A stretch of 64,000 bases of DNA. It comes from Omnitrophica WOR_2 bacterium RIFCSPHIGHO2_02_FULL_48_11. GTDB taxonomy: Bacteria > Omnitrophota > Gorgyraeia > Zapsychrales > GWA2-47-8. How positions within the stretch are numbered: position 1 is the stretch's first letter; each line of letters opens with the position of its first letter. The stretch is from NCBI GenBank assembly GCA_001805615.1, contig MHGP01000073.1, positions 28,156 to 92,155 of the forward strand, written 5' to 3'. Under the pieces are notes generated by a model. That model was not told where the DNA came from. It saw only the letters and a program-made list of their open reading frames with translations, and ran no database searches. The translations under genes and the position numbers were made by a program. Positions 1 through 10,053 of this stretch are shown piece by piece.

Positions 1-44
1 TTTACGACCAGGGCCGGTATGCGTTTAATTTTGCGCTTCCTTTT

Positions 45-506
45 TTGGGTATCAAGTTTGCGGGGTATGAAAAAATGACCTATGGCAAAAGGCAGTATGA
101 TATTTTAAAAGCGGTTAATATCCACGGCGTGCTGCTTTCCGAGCATCAGCAGAAATTTTTGCCGCTGCAGATGACCCTGAAGCCGGCCAAAACGTCATAT
201 AAGGTGAAAGAGGTCATTGAATTTGACGTGGAACTGAAGAATATCAGCGCGCATCATATGTATATTCACGAGATCAATGAAAACAGCCTGTACTGCCAAT
301 TCAATAATAAAGTATGGGGTATGCAAAGGCGGGGGGCGTCCGGGACCAAAGACGTTGTCATCAAATCCCAAGAATCCGTGCACCGGACGTTTTTGGGGGA
401 AGGGCTTAAAGCGCCCGGCCAGATAGACCTTTCCTGTACTTATAATATGAGTATAAAAGGGGTCAAGCCTTTTGCCAAACTCAGCGTTAAAGTCGTTAAC
501 GAATAG
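45..506 (+). CDS. hypothetical protein, probably 5'-truncated by the window edge
   Basis: ORF 45..506. The same frame stays open back to position 3, so the true start is probably upstream of the window. No recognisable motif. Confidence 0.5.
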   Translation: MGIKFAGYEKMTYGKRQYDILKAVNIHGVLLSEHQQKFLPLQMTLKPAKTSYKVKEVIEFDVELKNISAHHMYIHEINENSLYCQFNNKVWGMQRRGASGTKDVVIKSQESVHRTFLGEGLKAPGQIDLSCTYNMSIKGVKPFAKLSVKVVNE

Positions 507-693
507 ATCTTTTTCGTCCTCACCGCAGCATTTTTTTCCTCTTAACTTATTGATTCCTAATCATTTTCACGCCTCTTCCGGCCTTCTCTTTTGCCTTGTT
601 TACGACCATGAATTCTGTTGAAAATATCAACCTCTTATGATATGCTTAAGAACAAATTTTCGGAATAAAAATCGACTGATGAGCTATTTTTGA

Positions 694-767
694 GGGCCCA
701 TAGCTCAGTCGGTTAGAGCAGTTGACTCATAATCAATTGGTCCCTGGTTCGAGTCCAGGTGGGCCCA
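694..767 (+). tRNA. tRNA with anticodon CAU (elongator Met or lysidine Ile2)
   Basis: 74-nt cloverleaf read directly. Acceptor GGGCCCA/TGGGCCC, D-stem GCTC/GAGC, anticodon stem GTTGA/TCAAT with loop CTCATAA, T-arm CCTGG-TTCGAGT-CCAGG, discriminator A. CCA is not encoded. G1-C72 pairs, so it is not an initiator. Confidence 0.85.
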
Positions 768-777
768 GCTTAGCGTC

Positions 778-854
778 GGGCGTATAGCTCAGCTGGTTAG
801 AGCGCTGCCCTCACATGGCAGAGGCCGAGGGTTCGAGTCCTTCTATGCCCACCA
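778..854 (+). tRNA. tRNA-Val (anticodon CAC), CCA encoded
   Basis: Acceptor GGGCGTA/TATGCCC (one GU), D-stem GCTC/GAGC, anticodon stem CTGCC/GGCAG with loop CTCACAT, T-arm GAGGG-TTCGAGT-CCTTC, followed by ACCA. Confidence 0.85.
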
Positions 855-898
855 GATTTTAGGTTTTGGTTGACTTTATTGATAAAGGATAATGAGAC

Positions 899-1624
899 GT
901 GCCGCAGGTTTCCATTCGAGATCAAATTAAAAAGTTGCTAGAGCTTCAAAAACTCGACAAAGAAATTTTTGATTATAAAAAAGAATTGCAAGAAAAGCCT
1001 GCTTTGCTGAACGAGATCAAGGAGAAGTTCGAAGCCAAGAAGGCGGCACTCAAGGAGCTCGAGGACAAAGCCAAAGCGATCCAGCTCGACCGGAAAGCCA
1101 AAGAGCTGGATCTGAAGGCTAAAGAGGACGAGATCATCAAGGGCAACGCGCAGCTCTCCCAACTCAAGACCAACAAGGAATATACCGCCAAATTATCCGA
1201 AATCGAAACGCTCAAAGCCAGCAAATCTATTTTTGAAGAAAAAATATTAGCTTCCTATGATGAATCCGACACGATTAATGCTAAAATTGAAAAAGAAAAG
1301 GTCTTTATTGCCGAGCAAGAGAAGGCGTACTTAGTTCAGAAAAAGGACATTGAGGAGTCTCTGAAGCTCCTGGAAGATCGCGTGAAAGTCTTGGCGGGCC
1401 AGAGGAATCAGCTGTCGCCGGAGGTTGATAAAGAAATTTTGGTGCGGTATGAAAAAATTTTGGAAAAAAGGAGTGGGGTGGCTATTGTCCCGGTACAGAA
1501 TGAAGTCTGCGGCGGATGCTACATGAATGTCACCACCCACAGCGTGAACCAGATTAAGATGCATGATAAATTGATCATTTGCGAAATGTGCGCGCGGATT
1601 TTATATCTTGAGGATGATCTTTGA
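899..1624 (+). CDS. coiled-coil protein with C-terminal CxxC...CxxC zinc ribbon (COG1579-like)
   Basis: 241 aa. A long K/E-rich heptad region is followed by C-terminal CGGCY...CEMC. It is coupled to the rnhA start (ATGA-type overlap at 1621-1624). Confidence 0.7.
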   Translation: MPQVSIRDQIKKLLELQKLDKEIFDYKKELQEKPALLNEIKEKFEAKKAALKELEDKAKAIQLDRKAKELDLKAKEDEIIKGNAQLSQLKTNKEYTAKLSEIETLKASKSIFEEKILASYDESDTINAKIEKEKVFIAEQEKAYLVQKKDIEESLKLLEDRVKVLAGQRNQLSPEVDKEILVRYEKILEKRSGVAIVPVQNEVCGGCYMNVTTHSVNQIKMHDKLIICEMCARILYLEDDL

Positions 1625-2082
1625 TGAAGGTTTTGGAAATATTCACGGATGGGGCTTGCCGCGGGAATCCGGGGCCGGCGGCCGTCGGGATTGTCATTAA
1701 GGAGAACGGCAAGGTCATCAAAAGGATTTCCAAATCGATCGGGGAAGCCACCAACAATATCGCCGAATACACCGCTTTTATTTATGCCTTAAAAGAAGCT
1801 GCCGCGTTGAAAGCGCAGCAATTGAAGATCTGTACGGACAGTGAATTGCTTTATTATCAGTTGACCGGCACCTATCAGATCAAGAATGAAAATTTAAAAG
1901 CGCTCTTTGAAGAAGCTAAAGTTTTGGGAAAAAAATTTAAACATGTCGAAATTAAACGCATCCCCCGGGAGCAGAACCAGGATGCGGATAAATTAGCGAC
2001 GCAAGCTATCAAAAAAGAGCAGACCAAGGTGGTTGCCTCGGTGTTTCACACCGGGGAGGAAAGTCCGAGCTCCGCAGGATAA
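1621..2082 (+). CDS. rnhA: ribonuclease HI
   Basis: N-terminal TDGACRGNPGPAAVG, an internal ...EY.A...AL motif, and a C-terminal D-containing catalytic motif (QNQDADKLA). 153 aa, typical for RNase HI. The last ~22 codons overlap rnpB. Confidence 0.85.
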   Translation: MMKVLEIFTDGACRGNPGPAAVGIVIKENGKVIKRISKSIGEATNNIAEYTAFIYALKEAAALKAQQLKICTDSELLYYQLTGTYQIKNENLKALFEEAKVLGKKFKHVEIKRIPREQNQDADKLATQAIKKEQTKVVASVFHTGEESPSSAG

Positions 2083-2470
2083 TGTATCCCGGTAATGCGG
2101 GACGTTATTCAGCGGGTAGCGGGTAGAACCGCTAAACGCTGAGTAAAGGGATTTCCGCCATCCGCCAAAATTTGTGGCGGAGCGGACCCGCTAAGTTGTT
2201 TGGCGGGAGAGCTACAGTGACGATGCTTTACAGCTTATCGCTGTAAGGAGTGAAACGAGCAATCTCTACATGGAGCAAGGCCAAATAGGGAAAGACCTCC
2301 GTCGCTTTGCTTCGCAAAGCGAAGCAGCGGAGGGCGAGGTCATCCGCCTCGCCACTATTTCCGGGTAGGCCGCAAGAGTCAGGAGAGCAATCTCTTGAGT
2401 GAGTGGGATAACCGCCCATCATGCCTAAAACATCATGGGGTACATAACTCGGCTTATTGGTCTGCTCGTA
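2016..2470 (+). ncRNA. rnpB: RNase P RNA, bacterial type A
   Basis: P1 is GAGCAGACC (2017-2025) pairing with GGTCTGCTC (2459-2467). P3 hairpin CCTCGGTG-TTTCA-CACCGGGG. P4 5' strand is GGAGGAAAGTCCGAGCTCC. GGAGCAAGGCCAAATAGGG is identical to E. coli M1 RNA. 3' ACATAACTCGGCTTATTGGTC matches ACAGAACCCGGCTTATCGGTC. Ends are approximate to +/-5 nt. Confidence 0.85.
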
Positions 2471-2515
2471 AATATCGGCATACGCTTCAATAAAAATTAA
2501 TCAGGAGGAAGTTCG

Positions 2516-3265
2516 ATGTCAGGTCATTCAAAATGGGCTAAGATCAAACATAAAAAAGGCGCCACGGACGCCAAAAGAGGCGCGGCCTTCACCAAAATCA
2601 TCCGTGAAGTCACGGCGGCGGCCAAAGCGGGCGGCGGCGATCCGAATAAAAATCCGCGTTTGCGTACGGCTATTGCCCGGGCAAAGTTCATTAACATGCC
2701 CGGATCAAACGTCGAGAACGCGATTAAAAAAGGGACCGGAGAATTGCCGGGTGTTGTTTATGAAACAGTTCTTTTTGACGCCTATGGCCCGGGCGGCGTT
2801 GCCCTGCTCATCGAAGGCCTGACGGACAACAAGAACCGGACCACCGCGGAAGTGCGGAATATTCTTTCCAAAAAGAACGGCAGTCTCGCCGGTGCCGGCA
2901 GCACGGCCTGGATGTTCACCAAAAAAGGTTTTTTGTCCATCGAGAAAGATAAGATCAGCGAAGAAGAACTGATGAATATTGTTTTGGAGGCCGGGGCGGA
3001 TGATATTAAGTCCGACGGAAGTTCCTATGAAGTCACCTGTGATCCTTCCGTGTTCGAAGCGGTCAAGGCGGCCGTAGAAGCCAAAAAGATCGTCCCGGAA
3101 ACGGCAGAGATCACGATGCTTCCCAATTCGACGGTTAAAGTTCAAGGCGATGACGCCAAGAATGTTTTGACCCTTTTGGAATTTTTGGAAGAGCATGAAG
3201 ACGTGCAAGCCGTGCATGCCAATTTTGATATTTCCGAGGAAGATTTAGAAAAAGCCGCTGGTTAA
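2516..3265 (+). CDS. yebC: YebC/PmpR family DNA-binding transcriptional regulator
   Basis: N-terminal MSGHSKWAKIKHKKG, a YebC family signature. 249 aa. Confidence 0.9.
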   Translation: MSGHSKWAKIKHKKGATDAKRGAAFTKIIREVTAAAKAGGGDPNKNPRLRTAIARAKFINMPGSNVENAIKKGTGELPGVVYETVLFDAYGPGGVALLIEGLTDNKNRTTAEVRNILSKKNGSLAGAGSTAWMFTKKGFLSIEKDKISEEELMNIVLEAGADDIKSDGSSYEVTCDPSVFEAVKAAVEAKKIVPETAEITMLPNSTVKVQGDDAKNVLTLLEFLEEHEDVQAVHANFDISEEDLEKAAG

Positions 3266-3759
3266 TGATGAGAATTTTAGGGATCGATCCTGGATTAAGA
3301 GCCACCGGATATGGCTTCATCGATTTCGATGGGCAAAGAATTCAGAGCATTAAATTGGTCGAAACCGGGACCATTGAGCCAAAGCAAAAAGATCTGATAC
3401 AAAATAGAATCGGCAAGGTTTATAAATACCTCGATGAACTTCTGGCGGAACATAAGCCGGATGTGCTGGTCCTTGAAAAGTTGTATGCGCATTATAATCA
3501 CCCGGTCACGGCCTGCAAACTCGGCCATGTGCGCGGGGTGATTTGTCTTTTGTGCGCGCAGCGTAAAATTAAACTCGTCGAGCACAGCGTCAAACGGATC
3601 CGCATCGCCTTGGCCGGTAACGGGAATGCCTCAAAGCTGCAAACGCAGCAGGTGGTGGCGCATATGTTAAAGGTCGACCAAAAAAAATTGACCCTTGATG
3701 CGAGTGACGCGCTGGCTTTGGCGTTGGGATATGTGCATATTCACAGCCGATCGCTATGA
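3265..3759 (+). CDS. ruvC: crossover junction endodeoxyribonuclease RuvC
   Basis: ILGIDPGLRATGYG N-terminus, 164 aa, and the conserved yebC-ruvC-ruvA order. Confidence 0.9.
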   Translation: MMRILGIDPGLRATGYGFIDFDGQRIQSIKLVETGTIEPKQKDLIQNRIGKVYKYLDELLAEHKPDVLVLEKLYAHYNHPVTACKLGHVRGVICLLCAQRKIKLVEHSVKRIRIALAGNGNASKLQTQQVVAHMLKVDQKKLTLDASDALALALGYVHIHSRSL

Positions 3760-4391
3760 TTGTTAAACTCTCAGGCAAACTGATCCAGAAGGCAGAGCAG
3801 TCGTTAGTCCTTAATGTGCAGGGAGTGCATTACGAGATTTTGGTTCCGGCGTCGGTGTTGAGCCGTATCGACCAGCACGTCAACGCCGAGGGAAATGTCG
3901 ATCTGATCGTGTACCATTATTTTCAGATCAGTCCGAGCAGCGGGTTTCCGGTGATGGTGGGTTTTTTGAATGAGATCGAACGGGATTTTTTTCTGCAGTT
4001 TATAAAAGTTTCTGGGATCGGGCCGCGCGCGGCGATCAAGGCCTTGGAAAAACCCATTTCCGAAATTGCCACGGCCATTGAAGCAGGGGATCACAAGTCC
4101 TTGCAGGCCCTCCCGGGCATCGGCGTACAAAAGGCACGGGAAATCATTGCCAAGCTCCAGGGAAAAGTCGGCAAATACGGTCTGATTCAGGACAGAGGGA
4201 TCGTGGCCCGGCGCAGCGAGACCCAGCCGGTTCCGGATTGGCAGGAAGAAGCCCTGGAAGTCCTTTTGCAGTTGCAGTATAAACGTCCGGAAGCCATGGA
4301 TATGATGCAAAAAGCGTTACAGCGTTCGGGCGGGATTAAGACGGCGGAAGATTTATTAAACGAAATTTATAAACAGAGGATAAAAATATAA
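3756..4391 (+). CDS. ruvA: Holliday junction branch migration protein RuvA
   Basis: MIVKLSGKL...VLNVQGVHYEILVP N-terminus with HhH region GIGPRAAIKAL. 211 aa. Overlaps the ruvC stop. Confidence 0.85.
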   Translation: MIVKLSGKLIQKAEQSLVLNVQGVHYEILVPASVLSRIDQHVNAEGNVDLIVYHYFQISPSSGFPVMVGFLNEIERDFFLQFIKVSGIGPRAAIKALEKPISEIATAIEAGDHKSLQALPGIGVQKAREIIAKLQGKVGKYGLIQDRGIVARRSETQPVPDWQEEALEVLLQLQYKRPEAMDMMQKALQRSGGIKTAEDLLNEIYKQRIKI

Positions 4392-5263
4392 TGGATCAAT
4401 CATCGATCGAGCATGTTAAAGGCATTGTTGAGGCTCTGTTATTTGTCAATGAAAAGCCGGTGACCCTGCAGCAGATCAAAGAAGTCGCCGAAGGGGTGAC
4501 CGCCGGAGAATTGAAGCAGATCATTCAGAGCTTAAAAGACGAGCTTGAGCAGAAAAAAACCGGCATGCTGATCGTCGAAATCGCCGACGGTTATCAGATG
4601 CTGACGAATCCGTTGTATGCCGCTTATGTGCGGAGTTTTTATAAAACCCGTCATAAAGAGCGGTTGTCCAAACCGGCGTTGGAGACATTGGCGATCATTG
4701 CTTACAAGCAACCGGTGACCCGGGCTGACGTGGAGGTGATCCGCGGGGTGAATTCCGATGGTGTGATGGTGCACTTATTGAATAAAGAATTGATCAAGGC
4801 GATCGGCCGCAAAGATATCCCCGGACGGCCGTTTCTTTACGGATCGACAAAACAATTTTTGGAATATTTTGGTTTGAAATCTTTATTAGACTTACCCAAG
4901 TTAGAAGATTTCCCATCCCTGCAGCCGGCTCAGGCTCAGGCGCAGGCGGACAGTGCCGTAGCGGCTGTTGTGGAACAGCCAGTCGCAGCCCCGGCCCAAG
5001 CCGTACCGGACCAGGCGCCGGCAGTGGTAGAAGTTGCCGAGCAGCCGGCACAGCCGATTGACGCCTCCTCGCGTTTGGATGAACTGGAAAAAGAAAACCG
5101 CGATGATTTGCCGCTCATGGGAGAACCGAATTTAAAAGAAGCGATGGAAGAGATCTCTCAAGAAGAGAACCCTTCTGCCCCCGAAGATGAACCAGGTGAA
5201 TCGCGCTTGACCGACATTTTAGAAAAAGAATCAGAATTATCTTCCGACCAGGATAAGACCTAA
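4391..5263 (+). CDS. scpB: segregation and condensation protein B (ScpB) with Ala/Pro/acidic C-terminal extension
   Basis: IVEALLFVNEKPVTLQQI and ...GYQMLTNP... are ScpB winged-helix motifs. The C-terminal ~110 aa are low-complexity (AQAQA, PAV, acidic). Confidence 0.8.
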   Translation: MDQSSIEHVKGIVEALLFVNEKPVTLQQIKEVAEGVTAGELKQIIQSLKDELEQKKTGMLIVEIADGYQMLTNPLYAAYVRSFYKTRHKERLSKPALETLAIIAYKQPVTRADVEVIRGVNSDGVMVHLLNKELIKAIGRKDIPGRPFLYGSTKQFLEYFGLKSLLDLPKLEDFPSLQPAQAQAQADSAVAAVVEQPVAAPAQAVPDQAPAVVEVAEQPAQPIDASSRLDELEKENRDDLPLMGEPNLKEAMEEISQEENPSAPEDEPGESRLTDILEKESELSSDQDKT

Positions 5264-5265
5264 AC

Positions 5266-6321
5266 ATGAGTATCACCAGTCTCCGTAAAAGAATCGATGC
5301 CTTGGATAAAAAAATCGTCGCGCTTTTATGCGACCGCGCCGAGATCAGCCTTTTGATCGGGCAAGAGAAAGTGAGAAATAAAAAAGGCATATATTCTCCC
5401 GGCCGGGAAAAACAAGTGCTGCAGCACGTAGCTTCCCTCAATAAAGGCCCTGTCTCGACGGAAGCGCTGGAAGCCATTTACCACGAAATTATGTCCTCTT
5501 CGCTTTCGCTTGAAAAAATTAAAGATGTCGCCTATCTGGGCACCCAGGGATCGTTCACGCATTCCGCGGCTTTGAAAAAATTCGGTTCACAAATAGATTA
5601 TCAGCCCTGCACGACCATTCTGGAGGTGTTTCAGAAGGTGGAGCGCGGCGATTGTGATTATGGGGTCGTGCCGATCGAGAATTCGACGGAAGGAGCGGTC
5701 ACGCATACACTGGACATGTTCGTTGATTCGGACCTCAAGATCTGTGCGCAGATCCTTTGTCCGATCTCGCACAACCTTTTGTCCAAAACAAGTTTGGCAA
5801 AAATTAGAAAGATTTATTCAAATCCGCAGGTGTTCGGCCAGTGCCGCAATTGGCTGCTGGAACATTTGCCCCATGCCGGTAAAATCTGGGTTGATTCGAC
5901 GACCCTGGCCGCAGGGATGGCCGTGAAAGAAAAGAATTCCGCGGCCATTGCCTCCGCTTTGGCGGCGAAAGTTTATAAGTTGCCGATCCTGCATAGAAAT
6001 ATCCAGGACATTGCCAACAATACAACGCGTTTTTTGGTGATCGGCACGCAAGAGACCCCGCCGACGGGAAGCGACCGGACTTCGATACTGTTCTCCATCA
6101 AAGATAAGGTGGGTGCACTCTACGCCATGCTGACGCCGTTTTACAAAAATTGGATCAACCTTACCAAGATCGAATCGCGGCCTTCAAAAAAACGGGCTTG
6201 GGATTATTATTTCTTCGTGGACTTTGAAGGACATCGTTTGGACAGAAACGTGAAAAAGGCTCTTTCGAAATTGGAAGATATGTGCAAATATTTAAAAATT
6301 TTGGGTTCCTACCCGGTGTAA
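5266..6321 (+). CDS. pheA: bifunctional chorismate mutase / prephenate dehydratase (P-protein) with ACT domain
   Basis: N-terminal CM_2-type helix (LRKRIDALDKKIVALLCDRAEIS), PDT domain (VAYLGTQGSFTHSAA, ESRP) and a C-terminal ACT domain. Confidence 0.85.
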   Translation: MSITSLRKRIDALDKKIVALLCDRAEISLLIGQEKVRNKKGIYSPGREKQVLQHVASLNKGPVSTEALEAIYHEIMSSSLSLEKIKDVAYLGTQGSFTHSAALKKFGSQIDYQPCTTILEVFQKVERGDCDYGVVPIENSTEGAVTHTLDMFVDSDLKICAQILCPISHNLLSKTSLAKIRKIYSNPQVFGQCRNWLLEHLPHAGKIWVDSTTLAAGMAVKEKNSAAIASALAAKVYKLPILHRNIQDIANNTTRFLVIGTQETPPTGSDRTSILFSIKDKVGALYAMLTPFYKNWINLTKIESRPSKKRAWDYYFFVDFEGHRLDRNVKKALSKLEDMCKYLKILGSYPV

Positions 6322-6325
6322 TGGT

Positions 6326-7411
6326 ATGAAGACGATCGCCAACAGACATGTGTTGCGGGCAGAACCTTATGTCCCGGGAAAACCCATTGACGAAGTGAAG
6401 CGTGAATTAGGGTTAAAGCAAGTCATTAAACTGGCTTCTAACGAAAGTCCCTTTGCGCCTTCCCCCAAGGTCTTAAAGGCCATCGCTGCCGAGGCAAAGA
6501 ATCTCAACCGCTATCCCGACGGGCAGTGTTTTCTTCTGCGGCAGGAGCTCGCCAAGCGTCTCAAGGTCGCTCCGGAGCAAATCATTTTTGGAAATGGTTC
6601 CGATGAAGTCATCGTGATGGCGATTCGGGCTTTTATCGAGCCGGGCAATGAAGTGGTCATCGCCAAGCCGTCGTTTCTTATTTATGAGATCGCTGCCAAG
6701 CTGGCCGGGGCCAAGGTCAAGGCCGTTCCGTTGCGTAACGCGTTTTACGATTTGGACAGCATGAAGCGGGTCGTGACCGAAAAGACCAAAATGATTTTTA
6801 TCGGGAATCCGGACAACCCGGCCGGAACCTATGTCACACAAAGTGAGATTTTGGATTTCTTAAGCAACCTGCGCCGTGATATAGTTATTTTTTTCGATGA
6901 AGCCTATTTTGAATATGTGCTGGACAAGGATTATCCGGATACGCTGAAATTATTGAGCGATTATAAGAACATTATTGTGGCGCGGACGTTTTCGAAATTG
7001 TACGGCTTGGCGGGTTTGCGTATCGGTTACGGCATTGCCGATAAGGAAGTCGTCGAAATTTTAAATCGCGTACGGGAACCGTTCAATGTCAATTCCCTGG
7101 CGCAGGCGGCGGCCCTGGCGTGCTTGAAAGATCAGGCGTATTATCAGCGCATTGCCAAGTTTAGTCTGAAGGAAAAAAAGAATATTTATGCGGCTTTGGG
7201 AAAAATGGATGTCTTGTACCGGGAGAGTGCGACGAATTTTATCCTGGTTGAGGTGAAAAAAAATAGCAGTGAAGTGGCCCGGGAGATGTTGAAGCGCGGG
7301 GTCATTGTCCGGGATATGGCTCCCTGGGGGATGCGGTATTTTATCCGCATGACCATTGGGACAGGAAAAGAAAATAAGCGGTTTTTGCAGGTTTTGAAGG
7401 AGGTTTTATGA
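6326..7411 (+). CDS. hisC: histidinol-phosphate / aromatic aminotransferase (class II PLP)
   Basis: [18 protein letters not shown], a [10 protein letters not shown]-type PLP region with the lysine in FSKLYGLAG. Sits in the aromatic operon. Confidence 0.8.
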   Translation: MKTIANRHVLRAEPYVPGKPIDEVKRELGLKQVIKLASNESPFAPSPKVLKAIAAEAKNLNRYPDGQCFLLRQELAKRLKVAPEQIIFGNGSDEVIVMAIRAFIEPGNEVVIAKPSFLIYEIAAKLAGAKVKAVPLRNAFYDLDSMKRVVTEKTKMIFIGNPDNPAGTYVTQSEILDFLSNLRRDIVIFFDEAYFEYVLDKDYPDTLKLLSDYKNIIVARTFSKLYGLAGLRIGYGIADKEVVEILNRVREPFNVNSLAQAAALACLKDQAYYQRIAKFSLKEKKNIYAALGKMDVLYRESATNFILVEVKKNSSEVAREMLKRGVIVRDMAPWGMRYFIRMTIGTGKENKRFLQVLKEVL

Positions 7412-8424
7412 TCATCATTCTCAGGCCGGAAGCAACGGAACAACAGATCCAGCATATTATTGAAAAAGCCGAAAAATTAGGGCTGAAAGCCCATATCTCG
7501 CGCGGCGTCGAACGGACGATCATCGGATTTATCGGACCGGAAGATGTTTTGCGCAACACTCCTTTAGAAATTTTTCCGGGCGTGGACCGGGTCCTGCCGG
7601 TCTTGTCGCCGTATAAGCTTGTTTCGCGGGAATTTAAGAAAGAAGATACCATTGTCACCATCGGCAAAGACGTCAAGGTCGGCGGTAAAAAAGTTATTGT
7701 GGTCGCCGGCCCGTGCTCGATCGAAAGTTATGATTCCTTATTATCGCTGGCCGCCAAGGTGAAAAAGGCCGGGGCGACCGTTTTGCGCGGGGGAGCTTTT
7801 AAACCCCGGACATCCCCTTATGACTTTCAGGGGTTGGGGGAAGAAGGGTTGAAATATCTGGCCGAAGTAGGAAAAAAGGTGGGCATCGCCACCGTTACCG
7901 AAGTTATGGATCCGCGTGATGTGGGTTTGATCGCCCAATATGTGGATGTTTTTCAAATCGGGGCGAGGAACATGCAGAATTTTTCCTTGTTGAAGGAAGT
8001 CGGGATGACGCAAAAACCCGTGATCCTCAAACGCGGGATGAGTGCCACGATAAAAGATTTGTTGATGTCTGCGGAATACATTCTTTCGCAGGGGAATTTT
8101 AACGTGGTGTTATGCGAGCGGGGGATCCGTACGTTTGAAACAGCCACCCGCAACACGTTGGATATTAATGCCGTTCCCGTCGTAAAACAGCTATCTCATT
8201 TGCCGATTATCGTTGATCCAAGCCATGCCACCGGGCGTTGGGGATTGGTCCCCAGTGTGGCCAAGGCCGCGGTTGCCGCGGGATGTGACGGCTTGATGAT
8301 CGAGGTGCACGAAAATCCTGAAGAAGCACTTTCGGATGGACCACAGTCTTTGATTCCGGAAAATTTTAACAATCTCGTCAAGGATTTACGATTAATCGCC
8401 ACGGCTGTCTCACGGGAAATTTAG
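7408..8424 (+). CDS. aroF: 3-deoxy-7-phosphoheptulonate (DAHP) synthase, type I-beta with N-terminal regulatory domain
   Basis: An N-terminal ~75 aa ferredoxin-like regulatory domain is followed by a KDO8P/DAHP synthase core ([28 protein letters not shown]). Confidence 0.85.
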   Translation: MIIILRPEATEQQIQHIIEKAEKLGLKAHISRGVERTIIGFIGPEDVLRNTPLEIFPGVDRVLPVLSPYKLVSREFKKEDTIVTIGKDVKVGGKKVIVVAGPCSIESYDSLLSLAAKVKKAGATVLRGGAFKPRTSPYDFQGLGEEGLKYLAEVGKKVGIATVTEVMDPRDVGLIAQYVDVFQIGARNMQNFSLLKEVGMTQKPVILKRGMSATIKDLLMSAEYILSQGNFNVVLCERGIRTFETATRNTLDINAVPVVKQLSHLPIIVDPSHATGRWGLVPSVAKAAVAAGCDGLMIEVHENPEEALSDGPQSLIPENFNNLVKDLRLIATAVSREI

Positions 8425-8462
8425 TTTAAGCCTCTATCGTTCACTTAACCAAGGAGCCAGCT

Positions 8463-9353
8463 GTGTTCGGACACATTTTTAAATCTTCTATGCCTTTGCG
8501 CACACCACTATTTCGCAGAATTTCCATCATCGGGGTCGGTTTGATGGGCGGGTCCTTAGGGCTTGCCATCAAAAAACAAAACATCGCGCGTGAGGTCGTG
8601 GGATTTTCCCATACCCCCGCTTCTCTCGCTTATGCCGTGGAGCATAAGATCATTGACCAGGCAGCCAGTGATTTAAAAACAGCCGTGCATAACGCGGACC
8701 TGGTGATCTTGGCCACGCCGGTAAAAACCATTGTCAATTTGCTGCCGATGCTGGCCCCGCACCTGAGCCGGTATTGCATTGTGACAGATGTGGGAAGCAC
8801 CAAGTCCTCGATTGTTCAGGCTGCTTTGAAAAATTTACCTTCGCATCAGATGTTTGTCGGCTCGCATCCCTTGGCGGGCTCGGAGAAAAAAGGTGCTTCG
8901 CACGCCAGTGCCGAGCTCTTTGAAGGGACGACGTGCATCATGACACCGACGGAGCAGACCAACCGTTTGGCCAAAGATAAACTGAAGCATTTTTGGACGA
9001 GTCTAGGCGCCCAAGTGAAATTTCTGCCGCCGGAACAGCACGATAAAATTTTGTCTTATGTCAGTCATCTTCCGCATTTGGTCGCGTACGCCGTGATCGA
9101 AGCGATCCCGGCAGAGCATTTGGAGTTCTCTGCCCAGGGGTTAAAAGATACAACGCGGATCGCATCCTCCTCGCCGCAGATGTGGAACGATATCTGCCTG
9201 GCGAATCCCAAGAATATCGTTAAGTCCCTGGATGAAGTCGTCAAAAATCTTTCGGCCATCCGCAAGATGATCATGACGAAAGATGAGCAGGGATTGAACG
9301 ATTATTTTCACAAATCCAAAACCAAACGAGATAGTCTTGAGAAGCGTGGGTAG
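8463..9353 (+). CDS. tyrA: prephenate dehydrogenase
   Basis: Rossmann ISIIGVGLMGGSLGLA and GSHPLAGSE motifs. The true start may be a few codons downstream of 8463. Confidence 0.8.
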   Translation: MFGHIFKSSMPLRTPLFRRISIIGVGLMGGSLGLAIKKQNIAREVVGFSHTPASLAYAVEHKIIDQAASDLKTAVHNADLVILATPVKTIVNLLPMLAPHLSRYCIVTDVGSTKSSIVQAALKNLPSHQMFVGSHPLAGSEKKGASHASAELFEGTTCIMTPTEQTNRLAKDKLKHFWTSLGAQVKFLPPEQHDKILSYVSHLPHLVAYAVIEAIPAEHLEFSAQGLKDTTRIASSSPQMWNDICLANPKNIVKSLDEVVKNLSAIRKMIMTKDEQGLNDYFHKSKTKRDSLEKRG

Positions 9354-10053
9354 GACTGTGCGAACAACGGTGGTCACAATCGACGGGCCAGCCGGAGCAG
9401 GAAAAAGCACGGTGGCCAAACAATTGGCCAAGCGGCTGCATTTTTCCTATCTTGATACCGGAGCGATGTACCGCGCGTTGACGCTCAAGGCCTTGCGGGC
9501 CAAAGTCAAGCTGGAAGATGAAAGCGCCCTGGTCGCGCTGGCAAAAAAAACTTCGATCGATTTTAAGGAAGACCCCCGCCAAGGTCTGCGTGTCCTCTTG
9601 GACGGGGAAGATGTTTCCGAAGCGATCCGCCAGGTGGAAGTGACGAATCAGACATTTTATATCGCCCGGGCGCCACGGGTGAGAGAGATCATGGTCGACT
9701 GGCAGCGTGAGATCGGCACGAAGCACAATGTCGTTGTGGAAGGAAGAGATATCGGGACCGTGGTGTTCCCGCAGGCCACGCATAAATTTTATTTGGACGC
9801 CAATTTTGAAGAACGGGCCCGCCGCAGGATCAAAGAATTAGAAGAAAAAGGGCAGAACGTCGAAGCCGAAAAATTAAAACAAGAACTCAAGGAACGCGAC
9901 ACCAAAGATATGACCCGGACCGCCGGCCCGCTGAAAAAAGCGGATGATGCTGTTTTTATTGATTCCACCGACCTGACCGCCGAGCAGGTGGTGGAGAAGA
10001 TGTCGGAACGTATTAAAGGTCACAAGGTCAGCGAGTCACAAGGTCGCAAGTAG
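9337..10053 (+). CDS. cmk: cytidylate kinase
   Basis: P-loop IDGPAGAGKSTVAK and DTGAMYRA motif. The C-terminal tail is encoded by a CACAAGGTC direct repeat. Confidence 0.85.
   Translation: MRSVGRTVRTTVVTIDGPAGAGKSTVAKQLAKRLHFSYLDTGAMYRALTLKALRAKVKLEDESALVALAKKTSIDFKEDPRQGLRVLLDGEDVSEAIRQVEVTNQTFYIARAPRVREIMVDWQREIGTKHNVVVEGRDIGTVVFPQATHKFYLDANFEERARRRIKELEEKGQNVEAEKLKQELKERDTKDMTRTAGPLKKADDAVFIDSTDLTAEQVVEKMSERIKGHKVSESQGRK

Noticed and set aside
2705-3217. 170-aa antisense ORF inside yebC, and similar antisense or alternate-frame ORFs (3804..4310, 11339..11944, 15454..16059, 34148..34760, 41287..41817, 54350..54919)
   Set aside because: Each overlaps a well-supported gene with clear family motifs. 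The alternative translations are low-complexity (R/G/P-rich) with no domains.
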